The notes below the pieces were generated by a model. The model had not been told where the DNA came from. It made no database searches and saw only the letters and a program-made list of their open reading frames with translations. DNA of 64,000 nucleotides from Sphyrna mokarran (Eukaryota). The position numbers and the translations under genes were made by a program. Positions 22,627 to 35,650 of the stretch are shown here, piece after piece. The first letter of the stretch is position 1. Each line of letters starts with the position of its first letter. Where the stretch lies: positions 8,866,001 to 8,930,000 of the forward strand of contig JAGIQG010000020.1 of NCBI GenBank assembly GCA_024679065.1. Reading direction: 5' to 3'.

Positions 22627-23934
22627 GAATCTATTTTCTAACGACCAGGAAGTATTGGGGAAACAAAAGTACAAATACATTATAGAATGGCTTCATGTCA
22701 CACGATCTGTAACCCCCATGACTTGCCTGGGTTAGCAAAAAACCTCACTTACTGTGCTGTCTGGAGACAATACACATCTCTTTAACTTGTGCTCAGTGCT
22801 CCTTCCACTCACATTGTTAGTCACTTTAAGATTTGAATGTCAGGTTAGGTGTAAAGATTCGCATTCTAATCAGTAATCTGTAAACAGTCTGTGCTGCTAT
22901 GTGTGTTGTTTGAGACCAGAACACCTGATTAAGTAGAGCGACTCTGCCATGTTCCCCGACCTGCTTACGCTTGAAAAGTGTGGCCTGAGCCGTTGCCCAT
23001 CTGGAAAGCTGGACCAGTGTTGCACACCGGGTGGAAGCTCTCTGCGGGCCCTCGGGCATTACGTTTTTTGGCGTTAGGCCAAACCAAAGCAACAAGAAAT
23101 GGTAGCTGAGGACAATATAAGAAATATCAATGTTTTATGTGAATAATTGTGGCGTATTTGAAGACGAATGTCAGGAAGTTAACATTTTGATTAAATGTGA
23201 TATAATTAAAGGCAGATGTTCCGTTTATTGATGAGATGTCGATTAAGAGATTCCTATCACGTCTGCGCACCAAGAATATGTGGTGCAACACTGCCACCTA
23301 CTGGTGCAATAACGTATGACACAAAGGTTATATAACCACCTATTGGCGCAATATTATATGACACAGAGGTGATATGACCTCTTGGAATCACCCCATTCGA
23401 AGTAAATCATTTGCTGCTTTTTTTGAATATATGACTTCAAAATTGAGGTCTATCTGCTGAGGCCTAAAGTCATATCTGACCAACGAACAGTCTGCCCGAA
23501 TGTAATCATCTGGCAGGCATAAATCGGTCATTTTCTGATTGTAAGAAGTCTGACAACATCAGGCTTAAATCCAACCGATTTATTTGATAGTAAACTCACA
23601 AGCTTTCGACCCTCTGGTCTTCGTCAACTTAATGAGGTGGTCTGGTCTCAAACAGCACACATAATAGCACAGACAGTTTACAGATTACTGATTAGAATGC
23701 GAATCTTTCCACCTAACCTGCTGTTCAAGTCTTAAAGTGGCTAACAATGTGAGTGGAAGGAGCACTGAGCACAAGTTAAACAGATGTGTATTGTCTCCAG
23801 ACAGCACAGTTAGTGAGGTTTTTTGCTAACCCAGGCAAGTCATGGGGGTAACAGATCGTGTGACATGAAGCCATTCTATAATGTATTTGTAATTTTGTTT
23901 CCCTAATACTTCCTGGTCGTTAGAAAATAGATTC
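22627..23934. repeat. Long inverted repeat: 308-bp arms 22627-22934 and 23627-23934, 692-bp spacer (Penelope 3' fragment)
   Basis: GAATCTATTTTCTAACGACCAGG...CACCTGATTAAGT and its reverse complement. The right arm continues into a Penelope-type end (23541-23626). Confidence 0.9.
23291..23304 (-). promoter_or_regulatory. Candidate CTCF site CCAGTAGGTGGCAG (unit 1)
   Basis: 14/14 match to CCASYAGRKGGCRS; identical in all three units. Confidence 0.6.
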
Positions 23935-24039
23935 TGTCCCTCAACGATTTGGGATATCTCCGATTGGCAGCGCTGTAAGATTGTTCTTAACCTGTCTTTA
24001 ATGTTTTACGTTATATAATTACACATAGAAACCATTTAA

Positions 24040-24935
24040 TGTATATACACCAATTCATCGCGAAGGGGATAACTGCCGACGTCAGAAACATTTTAATGGC
24101 ACAGTTGAAAGGGGATGGAAATGCTAAATGGAAATCAATTGCAAAAAATGTGAATGAATGCATTTGTGGAGATTAAACAAAGCAAGACAATATCAAATAA
24201 TGGAAATATATTGAGGGGTTGAGGGATGAGAGATCTTAGACCACATGCCCATAGGTTCTTAAACGCGCCAGAACAGGTGGACATGCTGATCAAGAATGCA
24301 TGTGGAATGTTACCCATTATTGGTGAAAGTATTGAGTACAAAATCGGGGTCAAATGATGGAACTGTATAAAATATTGGTTTAGCCACAGTCTGAATCATT
24401 TTTCACTGCTCTGACCACGACGTTACTGAAGAGCAATTTTTTTGAAGAGAATTCAGAGAAAATATGAAGTAATGTTGCCAAGTGGTGAAAATTGCAGCTA
24501 TGAGGTCAGATTGCGTTGGCGAAATGTGTTTTTTTTTAGAACAGACGAGGATAAAGGGTGAACTAATTGAGGCATACAAAATTATGACGGAACTTTACCG
24601 GTTAAACAGGAAATATTTGATTCCTTTAGCTGATCAATTACCAGAGCCATAGATTTATGCTGATTGGGAGAAAAATGACAGGGGACAAGCGGAATATGCC
24701 TTTCACTCAAAAGGTCATGGGTTACTGGAACTCGCTGTCCATTTTTGTGGTTGAGGCAGAAATGATCAACTCATTTTAAAAGTACCCGAACCTGCATCTC
24801 AAGTGTTGTAACCTGCAGGGCCACAGACCATTGAGAAAATCTCAATGAGCGGCTCGTAACTTTTTTCTCTTTACTCTGGTGCAGGTACGATGGGCTGAAT
24901 GGCATATTTCTGCGTTGTAAACGTTTCTATGATTC
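24040..24935 (+). mobile_element. Decayed CR1 3' portion (paralog at about 44900-45790)
   Basis: Relics of M.ELYKILV.PQ, RIKGELIEAYKIM and FTQKVMGYWNSL, plus tail GATGGGCTGAATGGC...TTCTATGATTCT. Confidence 0.65.
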
Positions 24936-24999
24936 TTTGGCAAAACATAGGAGATGTCTGTCGATTGCAAGATGTGATCTTCAAGTCGGTCTGGAAAGA

Positions 25000-25380
25000 T
25001 AAAAGCAAAACAATGCGGATGTTGGAAGCTCAAAATAAAACTCTGGGAACTCTCAGCACATCCTGAAGCATCTGTGGAGAGGGAGTAGAACTGATGTTTC
25101 CATTCAGTATGACACTTCGTCAGAGCTGAAGGCAAGGAAAATCTGACCAGACTTTTAGTATGACGGCGAAGGAGAAGAGGGAGAATGTGGAAAATAAAAT
25201 AAGAATATAAAGTAATAACGAATGGAATATGGTGAAAAGAAGAAATGAAATGAAATAAACGGAGGTGAAAGTAGGTGGTGGGAAGAATTTATGTTCTGAA
25301 GTTATTGAACTCAATGTTCAGTCCCGAAAGTGGTAAAGAGCTTGATCAGAAAATGAGGTGTTGTTCCTCCAGTTTACGGG
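25000..25380 (-). mobile_element. Penelope-like 3' end fragment with hammerhead-core relic (paralog at about 45855-46230)
   Basis: Minus strand AGCT-CTGACGA-A...GAAA-CATC-AGTT followed by CTCTCCACAGATGCT..GCTGAG, typical of shark Penelope termini. Confidence 0.55.
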
Positions 25381-28300
25381 GAATCGCAAAAAGCCAAGGA
25401 AAGTCAAATGGACAGCAGGGCTATTTTTTTTTATTCATCTGTGGGATATGGGTGGCGCTAGCTGGCTCGCATTTCTTTTCCAGCTCCAGTTGCCCTTGAG
25501 AAAATGGTGGTGAGCCGCCTTCTTGAATTGCTGCAGTCCGGATGCTGTGGATTGAAATGGTAAACAAGAGGAATGTCTGAGTCCTGATTGTGAGTCGACG
25601 GAAGTTGTTCTGCAAACCATCTATGTTTGATCTCCCCAATGTAGAGTAGTTAGCATTGGGAGAAGCGAATGCAATAAACTGTTTTAAAGGAGATGCACGT
25701 GAAGCGTGGCTTCACCAGACCGGAGTGTTTGGGCACTGGGATGGTGAACAGGGAGGAAGTGCAAAGGCAGATGTTGCAGCTTCTACACACGAAGCTGCCA
25801 TTGATATGGATGAACTGTTGTGTGCGACGGATGAGTGCACCAAGGTGTCCCGAACAAAATGGTACCTGGGTGGGGCTCTCGTCTGTGCAGACTCGATGGA
25901 TCGAATGGTCTCCTTCTGCACTGTAGGGATTCTGTGATTTCAAAAAGTTCAATGAAGCAATGGAAAGCTTTTGCCGTGTTAGATGTGCATACATCACTAC
26001 TCACCTCCAATAGATTGATATGAACTTTATGTATTATGAATGCAAATACATTATTGCGAACCTAATGTTACTGTGGAACAAACTAGTTCCGCAAAATGCA
26101 AAGCATTTTAATTACCCAATTAAAATAGTTTTATTATTAAACAAAAGCAGCTTATCAGACTTCGAGCAATAAGACTTGGAACAACCTGGTATATGTAGGG
26201 CTGGAATAGAGACTCAAGGAGCGCAGTTGAGTGGATGCTCCAAATGCAGCAGGGTCAAAATCGAGATCAACGCTTCTCAATCCAGTGTCAGAATGAAAAA
26301 ATAGAGGACTCGATTTTAGGCAAAGGCATTGTTTCTCCACGCTCCCGACACCACCACCGCCACCCCAAAACCAACCCACCTCTCCACACCTCCCCCCCCC
26401 CACACATACACACACACATATATCAACACCCTTCTCACCCCTCCCCATTGCACCGGGAAAAAAAGTCCGATTATTGTCCCCAGGCTCATTAAGTCGGCTA
26501 CACTGCAGCGACATTTCTAGCAGTAGCCTGCATTGTTCCAGAGTGAGTCCTCCGCCCTCCCTCGGAGGCTTAATCTGATTAGCTGGCACCTCCATCAGGT
26601 CGGAAGTACCAAGAACGAACACTGTTGTGAGCTATTTCCCCAGGAACATCAGTCATGTGAACTCAGAATTCAGCCCTATATTTGGGACAGTCTAGCTGGG
26701 ACACCCTAGCGCAGTAATGATTGACCTCGCCTTCCCGCTTTGCAGTTGAAATCGTGGTGGAAAGGGAATAAGGCTAATGAATGTCCTGTTAAGGGCCTCA
26801 ATAGACCAAAGCGAGGAGAGAACGTCAGGCTGACTGACACCCACGCAGACTCCGCATAGATAATAACCCAAGCTGGGAATCGAACTCCGGGCTCTAGCGC
26901 TGTGAGGCAGCTGCGCTAACCGCTCTGTGACCGTGCTGCCCTAATTAAGAACTGGGAATTGTGATCGAGCAAAGGGATTTTTGTGTTTGTCCTTGATATA
27001 GCAGCGTCCCGGGCAAGCCTAGCATTTAATGAATAATCTTTTCAAAAGACAACGATTAGCTGCTTCTTGTTGACCCTCTTAACTCCATGCCTTTTAGATA
27101 CACCACAGTAAAGTTGGGAAGGAATTTTTCTGGAATTAGCCAACAAGAAAAAATAAGCAGTGATTATAATCAAGGTGCGTTACTTGCATTATTGAAATGT
27201 TCCGAAAGGCCTGTTTCCATTTTGCACGTTTGGAAGTTGCAATCAAAAGAAAAGAGGCCACTTGTTTTTATACATTTTGTAGCACTTACATACTTTTGTC
27301 ACTTCGTGCTGGCATTGGAGAATGTAAATATTCAAGGGCATTGATCGCGAGCCAAACCAGCAAATGGCTTTATCCTGAATAACATCGAGGTTCTTGATGG
27401 TTTCTGGAGTTGCATTGAACCAGGCAATTAGAGGGTATGCTGTCACAATTCTGACTGATGACCATGAAAATATTGTCGATTGTCATAAAACTCCATCTGG
27501 TTCACTAATATCTTTTCAAGAAGGGAATCAGCTCCCACAGCAAGATCTCAATGACAGTCCTCAGCAATGAAAATATGACATAAACCTTCAATTTCAAAAC
27601 TGGGGTCAGCAGAGGTGCATCATCACCCCATCCTTTTCTCCATCTTCATCATCACCATCGGTCGCCTTGTCAAAAAAACAAGCTTTCCAGTGAAATTGCC
27701 ATAATCTCCAAGAAGGGCGGAAATTTTGCAACCTCAACTGGTTGAAATCGAAGAAGAGAATGATGCTGACACTGTTTTTGGAACTTCAGTGTTCGGATGA
27801 CATCACCATCTCTGCTCCACCTTCAGACATTTAATGATAAGTGGGATTGATGACCAGGACATCTGTGCTGATACTATGATCCTCGTGTACAAAGCAGTTA
27901 TCTTCCCAACTCTTCTGTGGCTCAGATTTCTGGACTACACAAATGTGCCACATCAGGACCTTTGACTGGTACCATCAATGATGTCTAAGATGAACGCTCC
28001 AAATCAACTGTGAAGACAGACATACTAACATCAGCGTCCTTGAACGAGCTAAGTGCATCAGCATCAAGGACATGATCATCTGAATCCAACTCCACCCAGA
28101 TGACCACGTGCTCAGCATGCCAGAGTCCTGATGGCCAAAGCAAATTTATTCTAGCGTGTTTAAGAAATGCACTTGAGCAAGACGAAGACAAAGGAAGTTC
28201 TTCAAAAGCACCCTAAGTTTTACATGAAGAAATGTAACAGGGATGGAAATGGAGCACAGATGTAAATGCCGGTGAGACCAACCTGAAGGAGCTTCGAGAA

Positions 28301-28879
28301 CACTCGACAGCAAGATGAAATCCAGGAAAGGGACCTGAGAAAGGAATGCCAGTGATTTCGAGACCAAGGAGCAATGCCACCTCCCAGAAATACCTGCCAG
28401 ATGTGGGGTCGAAGATGTGACTCTAGGATTGTGATCGTTATTCATGCAAGGATCCACAGTACTCATGACCATTGATGTGGTGTTTCTTAGGTGGAAAATC
28501 ATAATTATTAACAAGCAATCACCAAAAAATAAAAAAAAATGAAGCTGTTTCCAGTTTGCAAAAGTACCTCCGCCCTGCCCTCAGCTAGCATTCTTCCCTC
28601 ATCTATCCTGTCAATCACAGTATCAATTTGATGCCCTGCGAAGAGATCACTTCTCAATCTCCTAAATTCTAAAAGATGCAGATCCAGATTCCTCAATTGC
28701 TCCTGTTAGGACAATGTTGCCATCTCAGGAGTCAGTATAATGAAGCATTATTGCACACTGTCTATGGCAAATCGATCCTGCCTTGTCGAAGGAGAACAAA
28801 ACCGGATGCATTAGCCATGTGCGGTCTCGCCAAGCCTCCATACGATTGTACAAGATTTTTTAAATCAACACTCAAATCC

Positions 28880-29700
28880 TCTTGCAGCTATTGCCAACAT
28901 GCCATTTGCCTTCCGAATTGCTTGCTTCAACTGAACGTTAGTTTACAGTCATTTATGACCAAGGACATCCAGGTCCTTTCTTGAATAGTGAATCTCTCAC
29001 TATTCAAGAAATGCACTCCATCTGGTTTTGCTACCAAAATGAATAACTTTTCAACATTTCCACGTTATATTCATCTACCATATCCTTGCTCAGTCACTTG
29101 GCTGGTTTTTGAGTCTCTTTGCATCCTTCTCACAACTCACTTTCTCATCTAAATCAAACATGGAAATATTACATCTGTTCATAAATCCAAGCCATGGATA
29201 TTGATTGTAAAAATCTGGGACACAAACTCTGCTCTTTCTGGCAACCCTCTAATCACAATATGTCAACCTGAAGGTGAACGTCTATTCCTTTAGGTTTTTT
29301 TTTGGAGTCTGATAACCACTTCCCAATCCATGCCAGAATATTACAGCCAAATCCAATATGCCTTTTTGCATTTACTAACCTTATGAGTGGGACCTCATAA
29401 AAAGTCTTTCAAAATCCAAATACACCACATCTAACAACTTCCCGTTACCTATTCTGCAAGATATAACTTCAGAAAAAAAAACCAATACGCTTTTCAAACG
29501 TTTTTCTCTTTCTAAATCCGTGTTGGTTCTGCACAATTCGACCATTCTTCACGAAATGCACGTCATCAAATTATTCGTCTACTACTTCGGTCAGGCTTAA
29601 AGGTCTGTAGTTATACTTTTTTCTCTCTCTCTCCTTTCTTAAATAGTGAAGTTATATTTGATAACTTAAAATTTGCACCAGAATTTATAGAATTTTGTAA
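28880..29700 (-). mobile_element. Decayed CR1 fragment (paralog at about 50250-51075; mostly deleted in unit 1 near 6950)
   Basis: Reverse CR1-like text (CCATTTGCCTTC..AATTGCTTGCT, TCCAAATACACCACATC, AAATAGTG..GTTATATTTG). Confidence 0.55.
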
Positions 29701-32059
29701 CCCATCAGCGCGGTGTAGTGGCGAGCATTGCAGCCACACGTTGCCAAGGATCAGGATTCGATTCCAGCCTTAGGTGACTGGCTGGGTGGAATGTGCATAT
29801 TCTCCCCGTGTCGATGGGGGTTTTCTCCCACAGACCAAAGATGTGCAGTTAGGTGGATTGGCTATGCTAATATTGCCTTATAATGTCCCAAAATGCGTAG
29901 GTTCGGGGGATTCGTGGGGTAACTACGTGGGATTACGGGCTTTGAGCCTGGGTTAGCTGCTCTGTCAGAGGGTCGATGCAGACGCGATGGGCTGAACGAC
30001 CTGTTTGAGCACCGAAAGGATTCTATGAAGTTATGATTTTATTCTATGATTCAATGAACCCGCTATCCCCACAGCCACCTCTTTTGAACATGTGGTCCAA
30101 ATAGTCTTTTGGTTCAAATGAATTTCATTTTAACAAATTCATGTTTTCCTGATCGTGATTCGTAAGCCGCCCGGTAGTTTCTGCTTATTGTACCGCAACA
30201 TGTAAACGGCAATGTGGAATGGCCCTGTTGTCGTAGGCGGCGCTGTTCTAACAGAGGACAGTGAGTAACAGCGATGCGAGTGCTCACTTACACCAATTTA
30301 AGATAAGGTTCGTTAACTTTAAACGCAATAACCTGCTTAAAATCAGGTTTTACTGACAAATCTCTGAAGGAAAACGGAGGAGAGAGGATGCTGAGCGATT
30401 CCTAAATGTAAATACTAAAAAGTAATATATAATGCCTAAGGTTATATACTTAAAGGTAAACAAAAATACAATGTATTTTAATGACCATGGGTGAGATCTC
30501 TTGCTATCATTACCAGCACTTTGCTTGCTTGTTGTTGAAGGCACGCCTTTCAATATATTGTTGCATAATATATTGCTGTAAAGTACATGCAGTAATTCTA
30601 TTACGCAACAGAAGTTTTGCTCTTTTTCCAAATTGCAATGCCATGTGTTTAAAAAGAATTATACGAAGTTTTAATTTACTTGTGCATTTTAAAATAAATC
30701 TTGATTGGTCTAATATCTTCAGTTAGAAATAATATCGACTCTATATGTCAAAACACTATCCTGTTGGCGTGCCTTATTTATTGTCGGTGAAACATACTTG
30801 AAATATGTCACCTCTAAGGTGGTTTCCTTTGGTCTTGTCGGTTCCTTCATTAACTTTGGGCGCAGAATGATTGATTTTCATAATTGAAAACCATCAACTA
30901 CATTGCTTATACTTTGTGTTTTTACTGGTCTTTGCAACTTGCAATTTTACTTGCACCAATATATTTATGGTAGTCCGAAATCAATCTACACAAAAAAAAA
31001 CTGTGTTCTGTAGGGAAATATTGATTTGTTATTTGTGTGAATTTTAAAAAGAACGATTCTTGTCCAAGTTCAAGTAAAAACTGAGAGTGCTCCAACAATT
31101 CAGCAGGTCTGTCAGCATCTATGAAGAGAGAAACATAGTTCACGATACAACTCCATATGTCTCTTCTCCCAAAATCATTTTGGAATAAGAGTCATATTAG
31201 ATTCGAAATGTTAAATGTTTCTCGCTCCAGATAGGCTTGCTGACCAGTTAAGTTTTTCAAGCACACTCTGTTTTATTGGAGATTTCCAGCATCCACAATA
31301 TTTTGACTTTAATTTAACTGAGCTGCTTTCTGTCTAAGACCTCACAGAACCCGTAGATTCGATTTGATTTTTTGATTTGATTTGATTTGATTTATTATTG
31401 GCACATGCATTGGTATACAATGAAAAGTATTGTTTCTTGCCCGCTGTACAGACAGAACATACCGTTCATAGAGAAGGAAACGAGACAGTGCAGAAAGTAG
31501 CTGTTACAGTTGTAGCTAGTGTGGAGGGAAAGATCAACTTAATGCAAGGTGGGTCCATTCAAAATTCTGATGGCAGCAGAAAATGTTTCACAATGTACAT
31601 TACCGATTAATTAAAATGATTGAGTATTTTTAATAACAGCATGGTGCCGGTATCCAAAAGAGGATATTAGATGTGGCATAAATTTGTGTAATCCGGTAAT
31701 TTACAAACTCTTACACTAAGCCAGAAACATACACATCATGATCACCGCTATTCACACACTCAGTCAGACCTGCGGGAAAATTAGGTTGCAAGATTACTTC
31801 CATATGAACGCATACGATTTGCGTCATTTACTTTACATAATGCAGAACGCAACAAAAACAAACTTCACGATTCCTCACAATTAGAAAGTTGCTAGGAATT
31901 TATTCCATGGAAACAGATTGATAATAAACACAACGTTTGAGTTAATGACAGTAATTTTATTGCATTGGGAGTATTTGCAACATTACACTTTAACAGTTCA
32001 GGGTGAACACATTAAATACAGACAGCGAGACCGAGTCAACAACCTGCCGATTGTGATGA

Positions 32060-32084
32060 TTTATTTAAAATGTGCCTCTTTATT
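32060..32084 (-). terminator. Cluster 2 polyadenylation signals
   Basis: Two AATAAA on the minus strand (32079-32084, 32060-32065). Confidence 0.7.
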
Positions 32085-32150
32085 GCAGTTGATATTTTGT
32101 GAAACAAACATTGCTACTAAAATAACAAATCAGCGCACAAAATCTTGGAA

Positions 32151-32473
32151 TCACATACAGCTGGATCTGGAGATGCTTGTTTGAAGCGGCTTTGCTTGAG
32201 TCTCGTGTTTGACCAGACAGGAGTAAAGCTCGTGTGAGTTCCACTCTGAGGCTGACAGAGTCAGGTAACTGCTCACACTGAACGTGTTGTCCGCCTCCTG
32301 CTGGATCCGACTGGTCTCAACCCCATTCCCTCTGACGCTGCCATCTACAGTCCATTCAATCTCCGCAGCTCCGGGATTAAAACCGCTCACCAAACACACC
32401 AGGGTCGCCATGTTCTCGGCTGTGATTTGATCCGGTGAAGGCGGAAGCACGGACACAGTGGGGCTCCGTGGAT
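32151..32473 (-). CDS. IGLC: Ig light chain cluster 2, constant exon
   Basis: Acceptor ttttcag|AT; PRSPTVSVLPPSPDQITAENMATLVC...SRSSCM*; 323 nt. Confidence 0.97.
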
Positions 32474-35400
32474 CTGAAAAGTGGATAAAACAAATAAGAT
32501 CCATTTTTAAATGACAAAAAGAGTCAAATCAATGTTCTGCATTGTTGAAACCTTTGAAGATTGCACGTCACTGTACAAAACTGCAGAGAAATTAATACAA
32601 GGAATATTCATGAATGTTAACTGCACAGCCGCTCTCCTGAATAGTTTTGAACAATATATATTCTGTTCTGATATCTCTAATTATTCTGCAAGATTAGATA
32701 CACATGCAGTATCTTAAGTGGAAATTGAATCTTAGCGAAAATGAATGCAGAATCTTACATCGGTACGTAAAAAACAAATATCGGCATTAGGAATAAATCT
32801 TGGAACAAAGTTAGGAGTAAACACTCCTCCCAACTAAACACATAACGTTTGATTCTAAACAGTGTACTGCTCTGCAAGCTATTAAGAGCTTTCCAGTTGG
32901 CACTTCTTTTCACAAAAATGTAACATTGGGCTAATATCTGAAGTACTCTTCATTCACTGCCATGGCTGCTTTGCATCTTTGTAGCTTGCACCAGATTTCT
33001 CACCAGTTCTCACAGCCATTTCCTCACTGCCCCAACCCTGGTCCGACTATAATGTGTAACTCTGCAGGAGACTGTTCCGTTACATTCCGAATAATTTATC
33101 TGGAATATCATTGGGCTACAGCGTCGCAAGTGGAAACTTTTCAACAAACTAAACAGTTCCCTACAAATAACGCTGCTTATGTAACCAGTTATATCCACGT
33201 TATATAATAATAACCAAACAACAGTCTCAGTGTACAAACAATGTAACCAATGTGACTTGGCCAATAATTTATCTCTCAATATCGCTTCAATCGATTAACT
33301 GCTGATTGAAGTTTGTGGGACTTTGTTCTGCGGAAATAAGCTACCCCGTTTCTTACAAGCATGGCTCACATGAAAACAAACTACACAAAATACTACAACA
33401 GGCTCGGCTATCCTGAGGTCGTGATGGGTGCTATGATAATGCAAGTTCTTTGCTTTTATTAAGAGGTGATATTCCCATGATAGTAACAATGAATTTTTAC
33501 CCGGGGTAAAATGATTGAAGACAGAATGTCACAATCTGCTGCCTGTTTGACTAACCATTTACGCCAGGCGGTACAAGAACCAACTGAAATGCCCGACTCT
33601 TGGTATTTTTTAAATTTAATGTAAAGCAAATGAGAAAATGTTGAAACATTACTGCATTTCCCCAATTGTATAATTAGATGCCGCATAAACTATCCATTGC
33701 AGTCCAGAGAATTTCGCTTTGGGACATATAAGTTTGCCTTACATTTTTGACACAATAATTGGGAGACTGAGCCGTGCAATGTGACAAGTGCATGTAACCC
33801 CGCCATTCGGAGTTTTACGAATTCCAGATTTGAACTGAGCATCATAATACAGAAATACCCGAAATTTCATGGGATTATTGAGCAATCAGAGCCATCAGAG
33901 TAACTCTGCGCAAAAACGCATCGACACCAAGGACTGTATTATTGGAGGAATAACAGAGCATTTTATCTTTTCTATTTTATCCTTATCATCGTGATTCCGC
34001 CGGTGGGAAAAAATACACAATGCGTGGGAGTACGCGAATTTTCAGTAACGCAAATACTCTCAGGCTGATCCAGGACCAGGAGCAAGGTTCAATTGAGTGA
34101 ATAAAAAAGCAGGTGCAGCAGTCTGAACGCTTGATGCGAGATACGCGCATGCAATTCATCACGATGGAACTTAATGAGTCAGTGACATGTTAAGGAAGTA
34201 GATGTAATGTCAGTTACAGTTATTTGTTATTCAGTTATGCCGAAAATAGAAGAGCGCTGACGATTATCATTAACTGATCGCCGGTATTTTTATTATATTC
34301 TGAGGCCGGAGGTGGGGGGACGTGGTGGTATGGATTGTTCAAAATCTTTTTCATTCCCCTCCGAACGTTTTCACTGAGTTTGAAGACGAGATTGAGTTGC
34401 AGCAAGTTATCACATTAACATTACCAATCCGAGAATGAGGATTAATGTGCAGTATTATTCGAAGTGGAATGATTTTGCAATTTAGCCTTTTACCGGCGCT
34501 ATCCATCTAAAACAAAACTTAGAATCTTGGAATTCTGGGACACAGAATGAGGCCAAATGCGTTCTTTGGAAAGAGCGCCTCCTGAGTCAATTTCCTGCAC
34601 ATTTGTGTTTATTTCTTCGAATATTTCTCCATTTCGCCATTGTTCTGCTCGCCCTATTAATACAGATAAGATGCAGCAGTGCGAACAGCCCCTTGGCCAA
34701 ACAATATATCCTATCGTGCCACTTTTGCTCTCTCGCAATGAAATTCAATTGGCAAGTTATCAACTGACCAGAAGGTGGAAATTTCAGCTTCCATCTCGCT
34801 GGTAAAATACTTTTATTGCATTCTGGGTGTAGGTAGGGGTGTGGAGTATTGAGAATCTTTTTTTTTCTGAACGGTTTCACTCACTTTGGCGACGAAATTG
34901 AGTTGCAACAAATTATCACATTAACGCTGCCAATCCGAGAACGCGGATTAATGTGCAGTATTGCTCTAAGTGGAATGAACTTTTGATTTTGTAATTTAGC
35001 CTTTTAACCGGCTATTTCCATCTCCAAAACACTGTGGGATTCTTAAAATCTTGGAATTCTGGAACACAGAATGAGGCCAAACGCCTTCTTTGAAAAGAGC
35101 GCGTCCTGAGTCAATTTCTGACATAATTGAATTTCATTCTTAGAATATTTCTCCATGTTACCATGGTTCTGACGCCTTATTAATACAGATAAGATGCAGC
35201 AGTGCCAACAGCCCCGATCAAAACAGTCTATCCTATTCCATCCCTTCCGCCCTCTTTCAATGAGATTCAATTAATGTTCTCAGACCATTGACTGGTCTAA
35301 AGGTGGAATTTTCAGCTTCCATCACGCTGGAAGGATATGGAGCAAATTTCCGCCAGAGCATTCAGGAAGATCCCAGTAAACCTAGTTTCACCCTCCCTCT

Positions 35401-35650
35401 GTCCTAATTAAAACCGGATGGTATAGTTTCATCGAAGGAAAGATTGACCGGGGTACGTTTAAAACCTAGATACTGCCTGTAAAATTGGCCGCACTTTTGA
35501 ACGGCACATGACACTGGATCACCAGCTCTCTCTAAATGTATTTATATGACGGTAGCCGTGATTTGCTATAATTCAATCTGTCAAGCCAACATGTTTAAAG
35601 TGTTTTTTTTTCCTCAGTGTCCGCAGTAAAGAGGTAAATAATTTACTTAC

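Noticed and set aside
26155-26622. 155-aa minus-strand ORF, partly conserved at 47019-47557
   Set aside because: No recognisable domain, spans a low-complexity C/CA tract, and the frame differs between paralogs. Conservation is explained by recent duplication.
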